Positions 60,684 to 64,000 of a DNA stretch of 64,000 bases are shown piece after piece. This stretch comes from the human T2T-CHM13v2.0 reference genome, Homo sapiens, in assembly GCF_009914755.1 (NCBI RefSeq), contig NC_060932.1. One strand, 5' to 3'. The position numbers were made by a program, and so were the translations under genes. The notes under the pieces are model-generated. The model did not search any database, was not told where the DNA came from, and saw only the letters and a program-made list of their open reading frames with translations. Each line of letters opens with the position of its first letter. Within the stretch, counting starts at the first letter, position 1.

Positions 60684-60890
60684 TGTGATGGATACATTTA
60701 TCAATAGACTTGGCTAAGCTATGATGCCAGATAGTTTGGTCAAACACTAAGGTGAATGTTGCCGTGAAGATATTTGTGGATATGATGAACATATGTGATC
60801 CGTTGAATTAGGAAAGCAGGTTCCCCTCCATAATGTGAGTGGCCCTTATCCCATTAATTGAAGTCCTTAAGATCAAAGACTGATGATTCC
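60684..60890 (+). mobile_element. MLT2 (ERVL) LTR, 5' part
   Basis: 'tgtgatgg...gacttggctaagctatgatgccag..tttggtcaaacact' and 'cctccataatgtgagtggcccttatcc'. Confidence 0.7.
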
Positions 60891-61499
60891 TTGAATATAA
60901 CAGTTCTACAGTACTAGGTGGCGTACCCAACATTGCTTGGATAAGTAACTGATCTTCACTCCACATATGAATTTCTGTTGCAGAAATGTCCCTGCAGCAC
61001 TCAGTGGCTTCTCTCCCAGGTATCTGCACATTTTGTGGATCATATTTGTGTCTTCTGATGTGAAAAGAGGATTGTTGTCTGTGTCCAGAAACTGTTAGGC
61101 TCATGGGAGGATTTTTCTCTGTCCAGATCTCACTGGCTTCCATTGTAGCTCTGTGTCAGCTGCATTCTCCAGTTCTCCCATTCTGGATCCTCAAGGTCAC
61201 CCACGTGGAATTAAGATGATGTCATATAGCTTGTGTTTCAAATCAGGTCCTCAAGATCTGTGGAAAAACTGCCCAGCAGTGTTAGTTGATGCAGTAACAA
61301 AGAAACATTTTATTTTACGGGTACAAAGTATACCTTAAATTAAGATTTTCCTGAAGGTGCTTTTATATTTTTCTCCAGAAACCTCTCCTGTCTCCTATGA
61401 AAAACCCTAATGGCACAGATATGTCACCTCATGGATTTAGCCATCATACAGCAAATGAAGAGGCAGTGCTGTTTTTTGGCTCTCAGCAAAACTCCATCT

Positions 61500-62090
61500 T
61501 CTTTTCCTCTTTTTGTTTTCACTGATTTTTCTGACATCAACCACTCCCATCCTGTCTGTCTATGCTACTTAATCTCAGGTCTGTGCGCCTAACCCATCCC
61601 TTGCCCCAGGCTTCTGTACCTGTGGATCAGACTCCCTGCCAAGCTCCCTCACCATTGGGTTCTACCTAGGCCCTGAATTCAGCATGGCCAGGACTGACCT
61701 ATTCAGCTTTCACTAAAAATCTTTCATCTATGTTTCTTACCTCCAGCTAGAACCCACCAGCTCTCCACTGTGAAAGTCAGATGTCCTACCCTGAGTTTCT
61801 TGAAGGATCTCTCAAGCTCTCTTTTGCCTCTAGGCGTTTCTACAAATATGCTGTTCCCTGAAATGCTCTCTGAGAAAAGTCAGACACGTCATTTATTTCA
61901 GGGCTCTGGAAAGTTTCTCTAATAGGAATCTTCTCTGAAGTCTTCTATAGCCTCCTGTGCTTGTCCATATTACAGAAGATCTCAAACCTCATAGCAACAC
62001 TCATTCACGTGCTTCTGTCCCTACTGACTTCAGGGCTGTACTCGCCAATGTCTCCAGGAGCTTAGCACTGACAACGATGTTTTGAATCAA
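61500..62090 (+). mobile_element. L2 remnant
   Basis: Pyrimidine-rich; 'gaattcagcatggccaggactgacc' and 'atgctgttccctgaaatgctct'. Confidence 0.5.
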
Positions 62091-62219
62091 TACGGTTATT
62101 GTAAACATTGGAGAAGTCATCCCAAGTTTCTGTAAGTACCATGCCCATTTGCACGTTACTCACTAGCTATTTATTAGGATTTCAGTTTTATAGAAAACGC
62201 CATCCTGCCCCCTGCCATG

Positions 62220-64000
62220 GCCACATAATAAGGTGGTTTGGTCATAAATTTCCTCCATTTTTGTTTGTCAGGTAAAGTCTTCCGGTCTCTTCATTTTTTA
62301 AGGTACAGGTTTTAGGTGAATTTTTCTCCCTTTCAAAACTTTAAATATTTTACCTCGTACTGTTTTGGTTGCATGGTTTCTGACAAGAGGTTCTCTGTAA
62401 TTCTTACCCTTGTTTCTCCTTAGCTAAGATGCTCTTTTTTTCTGGCTGCTTTCAAGATGTTTCGTTTTCGAAAATTTGAATATGATCTGTCTGGGCATTT
62501 TTTACTGATTGATTGATTTTTCTTACCCCACATTATGTTCTCTGAGCCTCCTGTATGGGTGGTTTGGTGTCGGTTTTAGTTTTTGTTTTTGTTTTTGTTT
62601 TGGATAGAGGATTTCATTTATAAAACAATTCAAATAGCACTTGGACTTAGGAAACATTTCCAATTTTTATTCATCACACTATTAATCAAAATTGCAACAT
62701 CTAGAGTTTTAACAGACACTCTTTGTACTCTTTGGTGAAATGTCTGTTAAACTATTTGTTATTGATCTAGAGCCATAGATCAATAACAAAACAGGGAAAC
62801 GAAATGTTCCAGAGACATCTCAAAAGTGCCAAAGAAACACGCACTAGGCTAAAATTCTACAGGTAAACCATCATCACACAGCAGGTTCTATTCATTCCTG
62901 TATTTTCGCAGTAAGTTCTTCCTTATGTTTGCCTTTCTCTTTTCTGACTTGTCAAGACTTGGCTTTGCACTCAAGAACTTTTTCCCATTTCTTGTCCAGC
63001 TTTAGCCTGTGATAACCACCTGGCTCGGGCGAATGCCCACAAAGACGGCGGTCCCATTGGTTCTTCTCACACTGCACCCACTCCGTGTAGATGACATTTA
63101 TTTATGTACATCTGGACCACCTTGCTGATTTGCTGACCTTTGTAGTGTCTTCCAACCACCTGGACCTCTTTATCCTTGAGGATGGGCATGGAGTGGACAC
63201 TGTGCTTCTGCTTCAGCTCCTTGCTGGGATATCATGCTGGGAGAGCAGGGACGGCAAGATGTTCCTGTGCACATGTGAGGGGCCAGTGAAGTGACATTTG
63301 CAGTTTTGGCTGTGGTCTAAGGTGATGAAGGGATTGAACTTTATGCTCACCATCTGGCTTCGGCCGGCCTAGTGGTGTCTGTCTTTTATTTAAGAAAGTT
63401 TTTGGCTATTATTACTTTGAATATTTCTTTTGCACTGTTCTCCATTCCCTCTTCAACTTTTCCTGTTAATCATATGTTTTGTTATGCCTTTTAAGATTGC
63501 TCCACTTTTATGTGCTATTCTGTTCTTTTTTAAAGTTTTTTTTTCTATTTTCCTTTCAATGTGGGAAATTTCTATTGATATATTTTCAAGCTCACTGATT
63601 TCTCCTCAGATATGTGAAGTCTACTGATGAGCCCATCAAAGACAGTGTTTATTTCTTCTATGGTATTTTCAGTTTCTAGCATTTTGTTTTGTTTCCTTAT
63701 TCACATTTCCATCTGTCTGCTTACATTACTGTTGCATGTCACCCACTTTTTCTAGTAGAACCCTTAACAGGTTGAGCACGGTAATTGTAAATTCCAAGCC
63801 AGATAATCCCCAAATCTCTGCCATATCTGAGTTTGGTTTTGATATTTTCTGTTTGTCTCGTTACACTGTTTTTTGAGGATACCTTGCATTTCTTTGTTGA
63901 ACACTGGACGACATTTACAAAGTGAAAAGAGCTGAGGTAAATAGACATGTAACAGATGGTCTTACATTTATCTGAGTGGTAATTAGATTGTTTTATTGTT
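62220..64000 (-). mobile_element. Old L1M ORF1-region fragment, split by the processed pseudogene
   Basis: 'gcatggtttctgacaagagg' and 'ctggctgctttcaaga'; resumes after about 63373 with 'ggctattattactttgaatatttc' and 'ctactgatgagcccatcaaag'. Confidence 0.75.
62574..63372 (-). pseudogene. Processed pseudogene of the ribosomal protein uL24 paralog RPL26L1 (RPL26 family)
   Basis: Minus strand encodes KFNPF.T.D, KEL.QK..V.SMPI.KD.EVQVV..HYKGQQI.KVVQ and EKGK.KEEL..K.QE*. It is intronless, with start ATG>ATA (63342-63344), frameshifts, stop at 62892-62894, AATAAA at 62666-62671, a degenerate poly-A at 62574-62600 and approximate TSD tggtgtc.gt. Codons and 3' UTR fit recalled RPL26L1 better than RPL26. 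Confidence 0.9.

Noticed and set aside
60808-61260. 111-aa minus-strand ORF with an upstream acceptor-like site
   Set aside because: No recognisable homology, and the ORF runs into an MLT2 fragment.

Overview
This is repeat-rich, AT-rich primate genomic DNA. It is almost certainly human, because it carries an AluYb8-type element. I found no intact protein-coding gene, and the ORF track is explained by Alu, L1 and HERV-H translations or by chance. The main contents are a 5.8-kb two-LTR HERV-H/LTR7 provirus on the minus strand (44146-49924, 5-bp TSD), an RPL26L1-like processed pseudogene (about 62574-63372, minus) inserted into an old L1, many old L1M fragments, about 15 Alus, MaLR/ERVL solo LTRs, and DNA-transposon, MIR and L2 relics. 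The most notable observations are: (1) the HERV-H LTRs are asymmetric, since the 5' LTR has lost a 51-bp SOX-motif repeat block and its TATA box while the 3' LTR keeps both; (2) a perfect 25-bp inverted repeat brackets about 1.06 kb and starts at an AluY TSD; (3) a 66-bp double snap-back insertion sits in the pseudogene 3' UTR; (4) there is a young AluYb8. I see no supportable novel biological system. Repeat subfamily calls come from recalled consensus sequences, and boundaries of old repeats are approximate.
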